Shown in pieces: positions 8,563 through 17,604 of a stretch of 64,000 nt of DNA. Source of the stretch: Candidatus Omnitrophota bacterium (GTDB lineage: Bacteria > Omnitrophota > Gorgyraeia > 2-01-FULL-45-10); the NCBI GenBank assembly GCA_026387175.1, contig JAPLME010000012.1, positions 69,849 through 133,848 on the forward strand. The letters are read 5' to 3'. Position numbers and translations under genes: made by a program. The notes beneath the pieces are model-generated. The model was not told the origin of the DNA. It saw nothing but the letters and a program-made list of their open reading frames with translations, and did no database searches. Numbering within the stretch: position 1 is the stretch's first letter; each line of letters begins with the position of its first letter.

Positions 8563-9930
8563 ATGGATCGTTTTGTCAATTCAGGGGACGGCCCGGCATT
8601 CCAGCCGATAGAGATAGGCCATCCGCGTTATATTGGGCTCATAGATCCCGATACCGCATTTTGGTCATTGGTTGAACGCGGTAAACTATCTGATATTATG
8701 CGTGACAGTGAACTGTTGAGGGCCTACCGTAAGAAAAGGGAAAGTTTTCGCGCGGAGATGGATCGTCTCCGTTTTGGTCTGAGACCGTCCGCGGTATATT
8801 TTAATATTACCGAAAGATGTAATCTTAATTGCCGCTATTGTTATATTCCCGAACATATGCGCCGCAATGGCAGGCACATGTCCGAAAAGACCGTGATCGA
8901 TGCCCTTCAATTATTGAAAGCATACTTTAAAACGTCGGCCGGTAATGCCTCATTACCTAAAATAATATTTCACGGAGCCGAACCTCTGCTGAATAAAAAG
9001 GCATTGAGAGCCGCTATCGAAAAGTTTAGCGGGGACTTTATGTTTGGCATACAAACGAACACCGTTTTATTGGATGCCGAAATGGTTTCGTTTTTGAAAT
9101 CCAACAAAGTAAGCATCGGTATCTCACTTGATGGCCCGACGGCCGAAACAGTTAACAGGACCAGGGCGAGCTGGTCCGGCGAAGGTGTATTTCACAGCGT
9201 TATAGAGGCGATGAAGTTGCTCAGGGGTTATGATGCATGGAGCGCGATATGCACGATCACAACTGAAAATGTGCGCTCCCTTCCCGGTCTTACAGCTTTT
9301 TTACATAAGAACGAAGTTCCCACCTGTCTTTTAAATGTTGTTCGATGTACTCTTCCTTCCGCTCGAAAAATTAAACCTGCGGATGCGCTTGCCGCGCGAT
9401 ATTTTATTAAAGCTCTCGAGACGAGCCATAGACTTTATAAAGAGAGCGGCCGCAAGCTTGTGGTGGCTAACTTTGCCAATATACTGATAAGCATCCTTGC
9501 CCCAACAGCTCGCAGATTGATGTGCGATATCTCGCCGTGTGGGGGAGGAAGAAGCTTTTTTGCCTTAGTGCCAAACGGCGACATATTTCCCTGCAGCGAA
9601 TTTATCGGGTTGAAACGTTTTAAAGGCGGCAATATTTTTAAGGATAGTGTAAAAAATATTTTAAAAAGTGATCCATTTAAGCTGGTTACAGAAAGAAAAG
9701 TAGAGAAGATCGAACCATGCCGCCGATGCGCTATCCGGCATTTTTGCGGCTCGCCCTGTCCCGCCGAAGCGTATGAAATGAACGGCGGAATGAATAAAAC
9801 GGGTTCGTTCTGCGAATTCTATGAAGAACAGACCCGTTTTGCATTTCGGCTCATAGCGGATAACAGGCATGAAGCTTTTCTATGGGATGGCTGGGATAGG
9901 GGCACCAAAGAAATCTTTAATGTCACATAG
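8563..9930 (+). CDS. radical SAM enzyme with C-terminal SPASM/twitch domain (anSME-like peptide-modifying family)
   Basis: NITERCNLNCRYCY (CX3CX2C) at ~aa 85. C-terminal CDISPCGGG...CSEF...CRRCAIRHFCGSPCPAEAY (CX2CX5CX3C). ~85-aa N-terminal extension could be a peptide-recognition domain. Confidence 0.85.
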   Translation: MDRFVNSGDGPAFQPIEIGHPRYIGLIDPDTAFWSLVERGKLSDIMRDSELLRAYRKKRESFRAEMDRLRFGLRPSAVYFNITERCNLNCRYCYIPEHMRRNGRHMSEKTVIDALQLLKAYFKTSAGNASLPKIIFHGAEPLLNKKALRAAIEKFSGDFMFGIQTNTVLLDAEMVSFLKSNKVSIGISLDGPTAETVNRTRASWSGEGVFHSVIEAMKLLRGYDAWSAICTITTENVRSLPGLTAFLHKNEVPTCLLNVVRCTLPSARKIKPADALAARYFIKALETSHRLYKESGRKLVVANFANILISILAPTARRLMCDISPCGGGRSFFALVPNGDIFPCSEFIGLKRFKGGNIFKDSVKNILKSDPFKLVTERKVEKIEPCRRCAIRHFCGSPCPAEAYEMNGGMNKTGSFCEFYEEQTRFAFRLIADNRHEAFLWDGWDRGTKEIFNVT

Positions 9931-9995
9931 CCGCATTAAGCATAACCCATCGAAATTTATCTTGCATATTTTGAAAATTGGCAGTATTCTTGGGA

Positions 9996-10457
9996 ATGAT
10001 GAGTCACTTCTACTTACTAAACAAAAAAGGCTTTGCCCTTCTTGAGGTTTTAATAGGCGTCATCATTTTAAGTGTAGGCCTATTTACCGTAGGGGCTGTT
10101 TTTTTCGGAGAGTTTGGCACTATTAATAAGCTGAGCGAAACGCTGGTGGCTACCTTAGCGGTTCAGGAAGAAATCGATAAAATCAGGGCCCTGCCTTTTA
10201 ACAATATCGCCGCGTATACATGTTCAGGATATAACGCGGCGGATCCTATGTGCCCCTCCGGCTTTAAATATCTGGCAAATAAAAGCCCCGTCTGCACAGT
10301 ATTGGTTGACGGATGCGCAAACGCGGTTGATAATTTTAGCGGCGACGCAAATATTAAAAAAGTTTCAGTTACCGCGACCTGGAATTCTGCCTCAGGGAGA
10401 ATATTGTCAAAAAGCCTGGTAACTCTGATAACTTATCAGGGCATCGATAAGTGGTGA
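9996..10457 (+). CDS. prepilin-type N-terminal cleavage/methylation domain protein (pseudopilin/minor pilin)
   Basis: LNKKGFALLEVLIGVIILSV = G|FxLLE class III signal. Track start 9978 is a TTG. ATG at 9996. Confidence 0.7.
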   Translation: MMSHFYLLNKKGFALLEVLIGVIILSVGLFTVGAVFFGEFGTINKLSETLVATLAVQEEIDKIRALPFNNIAAYTCSGYNAADPMCPSGFKYLANKSPVCTVLVDGCANAVDNFSGDANIKKVSVTATWNSASGRILSKSLVTLITYQGIDKW

Positions 10458-10470
10458 AAACGAGGAAAAT

Positions 10471-11154
10471 TTGAATAAACGAAAGAGCGGATTTACAATG
10501 GTTGAGATTCAGATAGCGGCATTTATCGCTTCTATCATATTATTAGCCGCTGTTTCTTTGTACACGATGTATTGGCGGACTTTCGTAACGGACAGCGCTT
10601 ATCTGGACGTTTATTCAAGTTCAAGAATCGCGGTGGACCACATGGTAAGAGATATCAGGTGCGCGGCGCAAGTAGTGACGAACTATGGTTCTTATACGAC
10701 CACCGACAATACCATCGTTCTTCAGGTCCCTTCTATAGATAACTCGAACCCACCGATCACTATAAACTCTATAACCTCAGACACAAATCTTTATTACGAT
10801 TATATAATTTATACATTGATCTATAATAATAATCTGCAAAGCTACGATCTGTACAGAATTGTCCAAATAGACGGGAAGTTCACTACCGCCGGAGACTCGT
10901 ATTATCATAAAAACGGCAGGGTAAATGAAAATCGCGCCGTAGCCCACCATTGCGGCACTAATTCCGGAAACTTACTGACTTTCAGCTCCGGAAGCGTCGG
11001 TGGCACAACGTTATCACATGTTACATATCTGTCGGATGTCAATACCATAGGTATCTCTTTGCCGATTAATGAAAAAATGCTTTCTTTAAGCGGATCGGGA
11101 ACGAACACGGCGCAGATGATCCCGACAGCGGTAGTCAGGATGCGTAATAAATAA
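10471..11154 (+). CDS. prepilin-type N-terminal cleavage/methylation domain protein (pseudopilin/minor pilin)
   Basis: KRKSGFTMVEIQIAAFIASIILLAA. TTG start preceded by GAGGA. Confidence 0.7.
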   Translation: MNKRKSGFTMVEIQIAAFIASIILLAAVSLYTMYWRTFVTDSAYLDVYSSSRIAVDHMVRDIRCAAQVVTNYGSYTTTDNTIVLQVPSIDNSNPPITINSITSDTNLYYDYIIYTLIYNNNLQSYDLYRIVQIDGKFTTAGDSYYHKNGRVNENRAVAHHCGTNSGNLLTFSSGSVGGTTLSHVTYLSDVNTIGISLPINEKMLSLSGSGTNTAQMIPTAVVRMRNK

Positions 11155-11156
11155 AT

Positions 11157-12431
11157 ATGAATTCCAATAAACATAAAAATCCGGACGGCTTTATATTAGT
11201 TACCTCTCTTTTAATAGTAGCCATATTGCTTATACTGGTATCAGCCTGCATGGCCAGGCTTGTCACCGAATATGGGCTTGCGGCAAAATTTTATAATTCG
11301 ACCGCTGCCTTCGATTTGGGAGAAGTAGGATTAGAGCGGGCAATTTGGCATTACTTAAATAATAATCTTACCGGCTGGACTCCTTCGCCGGATCCGTCCC
11401 ACCCAGGTAATACACTATACACCCTTCCTCACCAGTTTCTTAAGGCGCATGTCGGAAGCGTCTATCTTAACATAGGGGAATACGACGCAAGCATTTCAAT
11501 TTCCGCCGATGGGACGGCTGCCGTTATCTCCGCTAATGGGTATGTGCCAAATTACTCATCATATAGCGCAAAAAGAACGTTGGGGGCTACATACAAAAAA
11601 TGGGGCGCTTTTACACACGCTGTCTCCAGCCTTCATAATATTACGATGAGCGGTCAGGCCAAAGCGGATAGCTATGATTCTTCGAAAGGGGCCTATAATT
11701 GTATATTATCGGGTGGGTCCAGAAATATCGGACAAAAAGGCAGTATGGCGTCTAACGGTTCGATAACCCTGAGCGGAGAAGTATATATCAATGGAGACGC
11801 GACTCCAGGATCCGGCCATCCATTTCCGGCCAGCCCCTCGCCTTCGACTTATATATCGGGTAAATACGGAACCATGTCGACCCCGATAACAGTTGATGCG
11901 GCTATGACTTCAGCCCTGGCTTCGACCATTGCCGCTACAAAAACAAGCAATAGCAACAGCGGTATCACCATTACTCATAACGGCACTACAACGCCTTACA
12001 CCGGAGGAAACAATCTTTCCGTAAGCGGCCAGGATGTAATGACAATACCCGGCGGCACATATTATTTTACAGCGATAAGCACGAGCGGCCAGGCGCAGAT
12101 TAATGTTACAGGGCCCTCAGTTATATATGTGGATGGCGGCAGTATAAATATTTCCGGGCAGGGAATTGTAAATAGCGGGCAGCCGAAAGATATGCAAATC
12201 TACTCTACAGGTTCTACTGTCAGTTTATCGGGTCAGGCCGCTGTTACCGGAGCCATATATGCCCCTTCCGCTACTATTACCCTGAGCGGACAGGAGAATT
12301 TTTATGGCTCTATTTTTTGCGGCTCCGATGTCGATAGCGGCCAAGCGGTGGTACATTATGATACTAGCCTGTCAAGCGTGACGCCATCTTTTGCGACGAA
12401 TGGAGTGACTTCCTGGGCGGATATAAAATAA
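11157..12431 (+). CDS. large PilX-like minor pilin / pseudopilin with Ser/Thr/Gly-rich beta-rich C-terminal region
   Basis: N-terminus NPDGFILVTSLLIVAILLILVSAC (PilX-N-like, no Glu5). 424 aa, S/T/G-rich. Confidence 0.5.
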   Translation: MNSNKHKNPDGFILVTSLLIVAILLILVSACMARLVTEYGLAAKFYNSTAAFDLGEVGLERAIWHYLNNNLTGWTPSPDPSHPGNTLYTLPHQFLKAHVGSVYLNIGEYDASISISADGTAAVISANGYVPNYSSYSAKRTLGATYKKWGAFTHAVSSLHNITMSGQAKADSYDSSKGAYNCILSGGSRNIGQKGSMASNGSITLSGEVYINGDATPGSGHPFPASPSPSTYISGKYGTMSTPITVDAAMTSALASTIAATKTSNSNSGITITHNGTTTPYTGGNNLSVSGQDVMTIPGGTYYFTAISTSGQAQINVTGPSVIYVDGGSINISGQGIVNSGQPKDMQIYSTGSTVSLSGQAAVTGAIYAPSATITLSGQENFYGSIFCGSDVDSGQAVVHYDTSLSSVTPSFATNGVTSWADIK

Positions 12432-12622
12432 GCTGATATTGCGCAATAAACATGATGATTCTCGATGCGCATTATTCTCTTTACAGGGGAAGAGCTCCAA
12501 GATACAATAAAACAAATTTAATATACCGCACTATGTTGTGCGGGTAGATACGTAATGAACGCAGGCGTTCACTTTGGCAAAGCAGATAAGCCAGATTGAG
12601 CGCTATTTTTTTGTCCAATTTA

Positions 12623-12648
12623 TATTCAATTGTGTACACAATTGAATA
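12623..12648. promoter_or_regulatory. 26-bp perfect palindrome 17 nt upstream of amt start (candidate operator)
   Basis: TATTCAATTGTGT|ACACAATTGAATA, followed by AAGGGAGGG SD and ATG 12665. Confidence 0.4.
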
Positions 12649-12664
12649 ACCACAAAGGGAGGGT

Positions 12665-13903
12665 ATGATGATAAATTCCGGTGACACGGCGTGGGTCCTG
12701 ATAGCTACCGCGCTCGTAATGCTTATGACTATCCCGGGCCTCGCGCTTTTTTACGGCGGCCTGGTGCGAAGGAAGAATGTCCTTGCTACCATGATGCAGT
12801 CTTTTTTTGTATTGTGCCTAATAAGCTTGCAATGGATATTGTTTGGGTATAGTCTATCCTTTGGGCCCGACAAATGGCACCTGATAGGGAACCTGTCATG
12901 GTTTGGCCTGAACGGTGTTGGCGCGAGCCCGAATGCCACTTATGCCGCGACCATTCCCCACATTCTCTTTATGGCATTTCAAATGATGTTCGCGGTAATC
13001 ACCCCCGGGCTTATAACAGGCGCATTTGCCGAAAGAATGAAATTTTCCACATATGTGGTCTTCACTTTATTGTGGGCAACCCTTGTATATAATCCTGTGT
13101 GCCACTGGATCTGGGGCGCCGGCGGATGGCTGGGCAAGATGGGCGTAATGGATTTTGCCGGAGGGCTTGTCGTGCATGTTACAGCGGGTTTTTCGGCGCT
13201 TGTATGCGCGCTGTATATGGGATCGAGAAGAGGGTATGGTAAGGAGCCCATGCCGCCGCATAATCTCCCATTGACCATTATAGGCGCCGGGCTTCTATGG
13301 TTCGGCTGGTTCGGATTTAATGCCGGAAGCGCGCTGGGAGCAAATGCTGTCGCGGCGACAACGTTCGTTGTAACCAATACAGCCGCCGCTACCGCCGCGC
13401 TTACCTGGATGCTGATCGAATGGAAAATTACCGGAAAACCCACCCTCCTCGGTGGAGCTACCGGCGCCGTAGCGGGGCTGGCGACCATAACTCCCGCGTC
13501 CGGCTTTGTGAGTCCGATTTCGGCTATTATCATCGGCATCGCGGCCTCCCTGATATGCTATTTTTCAGTCGCCGTGGTGAAGCTTAAATTCTCTTACGAT
13601 GACTCACTTGACGCGTTTGGCGTGCATGGCATCGGAGGGCTGGTCGGCGTTATCTTTACGGGAGCCCTTGCTCAGAAGATATTAAACCCCGCGGGCAACA
13701 ACGGCCTGTTCTTTGGGAACGTCCCACAGCTTGGCATTCAGGCATTCGGCTCATTAATTGTTATCATCTACTCTGTCGGCATGACATTCGCGATGCTTAA
13801 AATACTCGATCTCACCATGGGGCTCAGGGTGAGCGACGAGGAAGAGGTGATAGGCCTTGATATCACTCAGCACGAAGAGAGCGCATACACATTATTAGAC
13901 TAA
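12665..13903 (+). CDS. amt: ammonium transporter (Amt family)
   Basis: N-terminus [36 protein letters not shown] is the Amt signature. 11 TM. Followed by a PII gene. Confidence 0.9.
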   Translation: MMINSGDTAWVLIATALVMLMTIPGLALFYGGLVRRKNVLATMMQSFFVLCLISLQWILFGYSLSFGPDKWHLIGNLSWFGLNGVGASPNATYAATIPHILFMAFQMMFAVITPGLITGAFAERMKFSTYVVFTLLWATLVYNPVCHWIWGAGGWLGKMGVMDFAGGLVVHVTAGFSALVCALYMGSRRGYGKEPMPPHNLPLTIIGAGLLWFGWFGFNAGSALGANAVAATTFVVTNTAAATAALTWMLIEWKITGKPTLLGGATGAVAGLATITPASGFVSPISAIIIGIAASLICYFSVAVVKLKFSYDDSLDAFGVHGIGGLVGVIFTGALAQKILNPAGNNGLFFGNVPQLGIQAFGSLIVIIYSVGMTFAMLKILDLTMGLRVSDEEEVIGLDITQHEESAYTLLD

Positions 13904-13913
13904 GGAGAAAAAT

Positions 13914-14255
13914 ATGAAATTGATAATAGCCGTAATTCAGCCGCATAAGCTTGAAGATGTCATGCAGGAACTTGACAAGAGCGAGATCCATCTAAGGACC
14001 GTTTCCAATGTTCTGGGGTGCGGGAGGCAGAAGGGCCGGACGGAAGTATACCGCGGGAGAAAAGAGACGGGAAACCTTCTTAAAAAGGTCCGCATCGAGA
14101 TCGCCGTTAACGAAAAATTTGTCGAACCGGCTATAGCGGCGATAACGCGCGGCGCCAGGACCGGTAATATAGGCGACGGTAAGATATTTGTGCTGGATCT
14201 TGAGGAATGCGTAAGGATACGAACGAATGAAAAAGGCAGCGAAGCCATAGGGTAG
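13914..14255 (+). CDS. glnK: nitrogen regulatory protein P-II (GlnK, amt-linked)
   Basis: [16 protein letters not shown]...VLGCGRQKG...YRG...[11 protein letters not shown]; 113 aa; classic amt-glnK pairing. Confidence 0.9.
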   Translation: MKLIIAVIQPHKLEDVMQELDKSEIHLRTVSNVLGCGRQKGRTEVYRGRKETGNLLKKVRIEIAVNEKFVEPAIAAITRGARTGNIGDGKIFVLDLEECVRIRTNEKGSEAIG

Positions 14256-14261
14256 AACCAT

Positions 14262-14924
14262 ATGCGCACTTTTGTTATAGGCGATATTCATGGTGCCTAT
14301 CAAGCGTTTTTGCAATGCTTGAAAAAGGCGGATTTCAACAAGAATAAGGATCATTTGATCTGTCTTGGCGATGTCTGCGATCGCGGGCCGCATGTTAAAG
14401 AATGCATCGATGAATTATTGAGCATCCAAAAGCGCACTTATCTTTTAGGTAATCATGATGCGTGGGCCCTGGACTGGGCCATTAAAGGTATATCTGTCAG
14501 GGAATGGCTGGAGCAGGGCGGCTCTGATACGATAGCTTCATATAAAGACGGTGGAATGCCTGTGGAACATATTCGGTTACTTGCCCAGGCGCCGTTATGG
14601 TTATTAGACAAAAACCGCCTGTTCCTTCATGCCGGGTTTGATGTAGATAATGGGCTGGAAGGCACCCCAAAGAATGTGATACTTTGGGATCGGGAGCTCC
14701 TCTGCAGGGCAAAATTATTACATCAGTCCTGCCCGGAATTTAAATTTGGCGGTTACGATGAAATATTTGTCGGGCACACCCCGACGTTGATATTCAATAA
14801 AGACACCCCTCAGAAATTCTGCAATGTGTGGGCTATCGATACCGGCGCCGTATGGAGCGGTAAATTAACGATAATGGATGTCGATACGAAAGAATACTGG
14901 CAATCAACCCCGGCAGCATTGTGA
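14262..14924 (+). CDS. metallophosphoesterase, PPP-family Ser/Thr phosphatase / ApaH-like
   Basis: GDIHG, GDVCDRGP, GNHD motifs in canonical order. Confidence 0.75.
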   Translation: MRTFVIGDIHGAYQAFLQCLKKADFNKNKDHLICLGDVCDRGPHVKECIDELLSIQKRTYLLGNHDAWALDWAIKGISVREWLEQGGSDTIASYKDGGMPVEHIRLLAQAPLWLLDKNRLFLHAGFDVDNGLEGTPKNVILWDRELLCRAKLLHQSCPEFKFGGYDEIFVGHTPTLIFNKDTPQKFCNVWAIDTGAVWSGKLTIMDVDTKEYWQSTPAAL

Positions 14925-14942
14925 TAGATTCTTCCTTAACTT

Positions 14943-14978
14943 ATTGACACATTTTCACCGTAGTAGTACCATATGAAT
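14943..14978 (+). promoter_or_regulatory. sigma70-like promoter candidate
   Basis: TTGACA, 17-nt spacer, TACCAT, about 12 nt before the receiver gene. Confidence 0.3.
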
Positions 14979-14989
14979 AGAGGGAATAT

Positions 14990-15364
14990 ATGAAGAAAAA
15001 GATAATGGTTATTGACGATGAAGAGGGTTTCACGGCACTGATCAAGACGACTCTTGAGGAAAGAGGAAATTACGAAGTCCGGACAGAAAATAACGCGTTG
15101 CTGGCAATTCCCGCCGTTCGAGAATTCAGGCCGGACCTGATATTGCTGGATATAATGATGCCGGGTGATATAGACGGCGCTGAAATAGCCAGAAGGATCG
15201 AAAACGATAGAAGTGTTAAAAATATCCCAATGGTATTTCTGACCGCGGTAGCGACGGGAGAAGAAGTGGAATCCGGAGGCGGTTTCATAGGCGGGCATCC
15301 TTTTATAGCCAAACCGGTAAACATAAAAAAACTTATCGAATATCTTGAAAAAAAGCTGTCATAA
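14990..15364 (+). CDS. stand-alone CheY-like response regulator receiver domain
   Basis: MVIDDEEG...DLILLDIMMPGDIDG...: phospho-acceptor Asp context. 124 aa. Confidence 0.8.
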   Translation: MKKKIMVIDDEEGFTALIKTTLEERGNYEVRTENNALLAIPAVREFRPDLILLDIMMPGDIDGAEIARRIENDRSVKNIPMVFLTAVATGEEVESGGGFIGGHPFIAKPVNIKKLIEYLEKKLS

Positions 15365-15371
15365 ATTTTAG

Positions 15372-16934
15372 ATGATAAAACGGATCATATTCGCCCTGAT
15401 AATAGTTGTCGCGTTCTTCGGTTTGGTCGAGCTCTCCTTCCGTATATTTCTCTTCCCCGGTTCCTATGATTATATAGAGCGATGTGTAATGGACCAGGGT
15501 CTTCATCAAAGGAAGGCCCACGACGAATACCGGATATTTCTATTCGGAGAGTCCACTATGCATGGGCACTACCTGTATCCCCGCTCAACTATCAAGACAT
15601 GGATGAAGCTTTATCTGCAGGATCTTTTGCCTGAGACGGCAGCGCATCGCGTCACTATTACCAATTTCGGGCGGCTCGGCGAAGGCAGCGATTTCATAAC
15701 ACAAGCTTTCATCGAAACGATCCCTTATAAGCCGGATCTCGCCATATTCTATATTGCGCATAACGACTATACTCTGATCAGGCACAGGGAGGCCTATTTC
15801 AAACCGATACCGTTTAAAGAGAAGATGAAGCATTTTTTCGGGGAGATACCCAAGAAGAGCTCATTCCTTACGTTTATGAACAGGTTGTATATCTCGGCGC
15901 GCGGTAAGGCGCGCGCGGCAAAAGACAGCCGCCGCAAAGTCGATGACGGATGGTATACCGAAAGCCAGAGGCCGGTTTCTTATAATCAGGAGGAGATGCT
16001 CCTCTACCCGGACTCGCGAGAATTTAATATTATTAAAGAGCGGTTCGAGGCAAACATAAATAAAGCCATACGTTTGGCCGGGTCCCATTCTATAAAGACT
16101 ATATTTTTTGAAGGTGTGGCAAAATGGACAGGATATGAACCCGTGCGGTCGGTACATAACAGGTTGCTTACAGGAGATGCGCTTAACAGGTGGAATGATA
16201 TAGATAAAAGGGCGGAGGAGTTTTTTAGGGATAATAAATTCCAGAACGCGATGGCCCTGTATCAGGAGTGCCTTAATATCGACAACGCATATGCTCTTAC
16301 CTATTATCGTATCGGTCAGTGCTATGAGCATATGGGCGATGCGGCGCAGGCGAACAAATATTATATAATGGCCAATGACAAAGATTGTTTCCCCATCCGC
16401 GGGCCGTCGGTCGTTAACCGTTTTTACGAAAGCGTCCGTGATGCCGGCATACAGGATGTCAGCGTCATACGGACGCGGGATATCTTTGAACAGAATTCCC
16501 CGGGGGGTATAATCGGGGACGATCTGATCGCGGATCAGATACATCCAACGATAAAAGGTCAGGCGCTGATGGCGCTGGAGATAATCCGCGTTATGTACCA
16601 GAACGATCTTATTATCCCCAAGGAGGAATGGCGGTGGAATAAGCTTAAGAGCCCGGAGGAAATGATGGGAGAGCTCGGTCTCGAGCAGGCGTTTAAATTC
16701 AATATGTATATAACGCTGGCCGGTTATGTCGAGAGGCGGTATGATAAGGCCGCGGAATTTTTAGAAAAGGCTGTCGAGATAAAACCGAATTCGATATTTG
16801 CGAACAGCTGGCTCGCCTGGGCATATTGGAAGGAAGGCAATAAAACGAAAGCGTTCGAAATATATGAAAAATTGCGCGGGCAGGCCCCTGACGAAGCGGC
16901 CAAGTTTTTTAAAGAGCATCCCGAAATCGAATAA
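15372..16934 (+). CDS. membrane-anchored protein with SGNH-hydrolase-like N-terminal region and C-terminal TPR repeats
   Basis: N-terminal TM helix. TPR-like ALYQECLNIDNAYALTYYRIGQCYEHMGD and AEFLEKAVEIKPNSIFANSWLAWAYWKEG. Confidence 0.55.
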   Translation: MIKRIIFALIIVVAFFGLVELSFRIFLFPGSYDYIERCVMDQGLHQRKAHDEYRIFLFGESTMHGHYLYPRSTIKTWMKLYLQDLLPETAAHRVTITNFGRLGEGSDFITQAFIETIPYKPDLAIFYIAHNDYTLIRHREAYFKPIPFKEKMKHFFGEIPKKSSFLTFMNRLYISARGKARAAKDSRRKVDDGWYTESQRPVSYNQEEMLLYPDSREFNIIKERFEANINKAIRLAGSHSIKTIFFEGVAKWTGYEPVRSVHNRLLTGDALNRWNDIDKRAEEFFRDNKFQNAMALYQECLNIDNAYALTYYRIGQCYEHMGDAAQANKYYIMANDKDCFPIRGPSVVNRFYESVRDAGIQDVSVIRTRDIFEQNSPGGIIGDDLIADQIHPTIKGQALMALEIIRVMYQNDLIIPKEEWRWNKLKSPEEMMGELGLEQAFKFNMYITLAGYVERRYDKAAEFLEKAVEIKPNSIFANSWLAWAYWKEGNKTKAFEIYEKLRGQAPDEAAKFFKEHPEIE

Positions 16935-17292
16935 ATCTTGTTTATCGCCTCTACGGGGGGTATAATAGAAATCCGTGAATTCAAAACCTGTTTATATAGC
17001 CTTAATTTGTGTATTAATACTCTTATTGGGCCTCTGTGTAAAAAACACCGTCGCGGAAACCCCGGATAAGGGTAAAGAATTCGTATTACAGGCATTTTGC
17101 TTATCCGTTCAAATTATTTTTGATCATTACGCCTCTTTCTCTATCTGGTTTATTATAGCATTCGCTTTTGTTATATTTCCGCGGGGATTTCTTATACAAT
17201 GCATAGGCAGGCATGAACAATCCCCGCCCGGCACCCTTCGAGTCACAACGTTTTAAATTTTCGCACATTAAATTAAAAATAAAAGGAGATAC

Positions 17293-17505
17293 ATGAAAAA
17301 GTCACTGTTTGCTTTATTCGCGGCATTATTGGTAAGTTCGTTATGTTTTGCTGAACAGGCGCCTGTCGCCGCTCCCGGCGACCAGACGAAGACGGTTGAA
17401 ACCAAAAAGCAGAACGCCGTTAAAAAATCTGTAAAGCCGAGGGTAAAAAAATCGGTTAGCAAAGTTCAAAAAACAGATAAAGTAGACAATACAGTAAAAA
17501 AATAA
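17293..17505 (+). CDS. small secreted Lys-rich protein
   Basis: AAAAGGAGA SD. Signal peptide MKKSLFALFAALLVSSLCFA. K-rich tail. Confidence 0.5.
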   Translation: MKKSLFALFAALLVSSLCFAEQAPVAAPGDQTKTVETKKQNAVKKSVKPRVKKSVSKVQKTDKVDNTVKK

Positions 17506-17535
17506 AAAATTTTACGGTCAGATCGGTCGAGAAGG

Positions 17536-17572
17536 GCGTAAGAGGTTACAATCTTACGCCTTTCTTTTGACT
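17536..17572 (+). terminator. hairpin terminator candidate
   Basis: ggcgtaagaggttacaatcttacgcc followed by tttctttt. Confidence 0.45.
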
Positions 17573-17604
17573 TTATTCGGGAAAAGAGGTACATTTTATA
17601 TTGT

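Noticed and set aside
8211-8579. 122-aa minus ORF, and 32500..32694 minus ORF sharing the peptide YRLSADVSDIGL.
   Set aside because: The shared peptide is simply the reverse-strand translation of the repeated 53-nt leader motif. Neither ORF has independent support.
12979-13539. 186-aa minus-strand ORF and 12874..13092 + ORF.
   Set aside because: Both overlap the Amt transporter gene, whose identity is unambiguous. Composition is Ala/Pro/Val-rich, as expected from antisense of a membrane protein gene.
15861-16544. 227-aa minus-strand ORF.
   Set aside because: Antisense to the TPR/SGNH-like gene 15372..16934. No start context.
16975-17256. 93-aa + ORF downstream of a good TTGTTT/TATAAT promoter.
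   Set aside because: No SD and odd composition (hydrophobic, Cys/Phe-rich). It may be a small membrane protein but cannot be supported.
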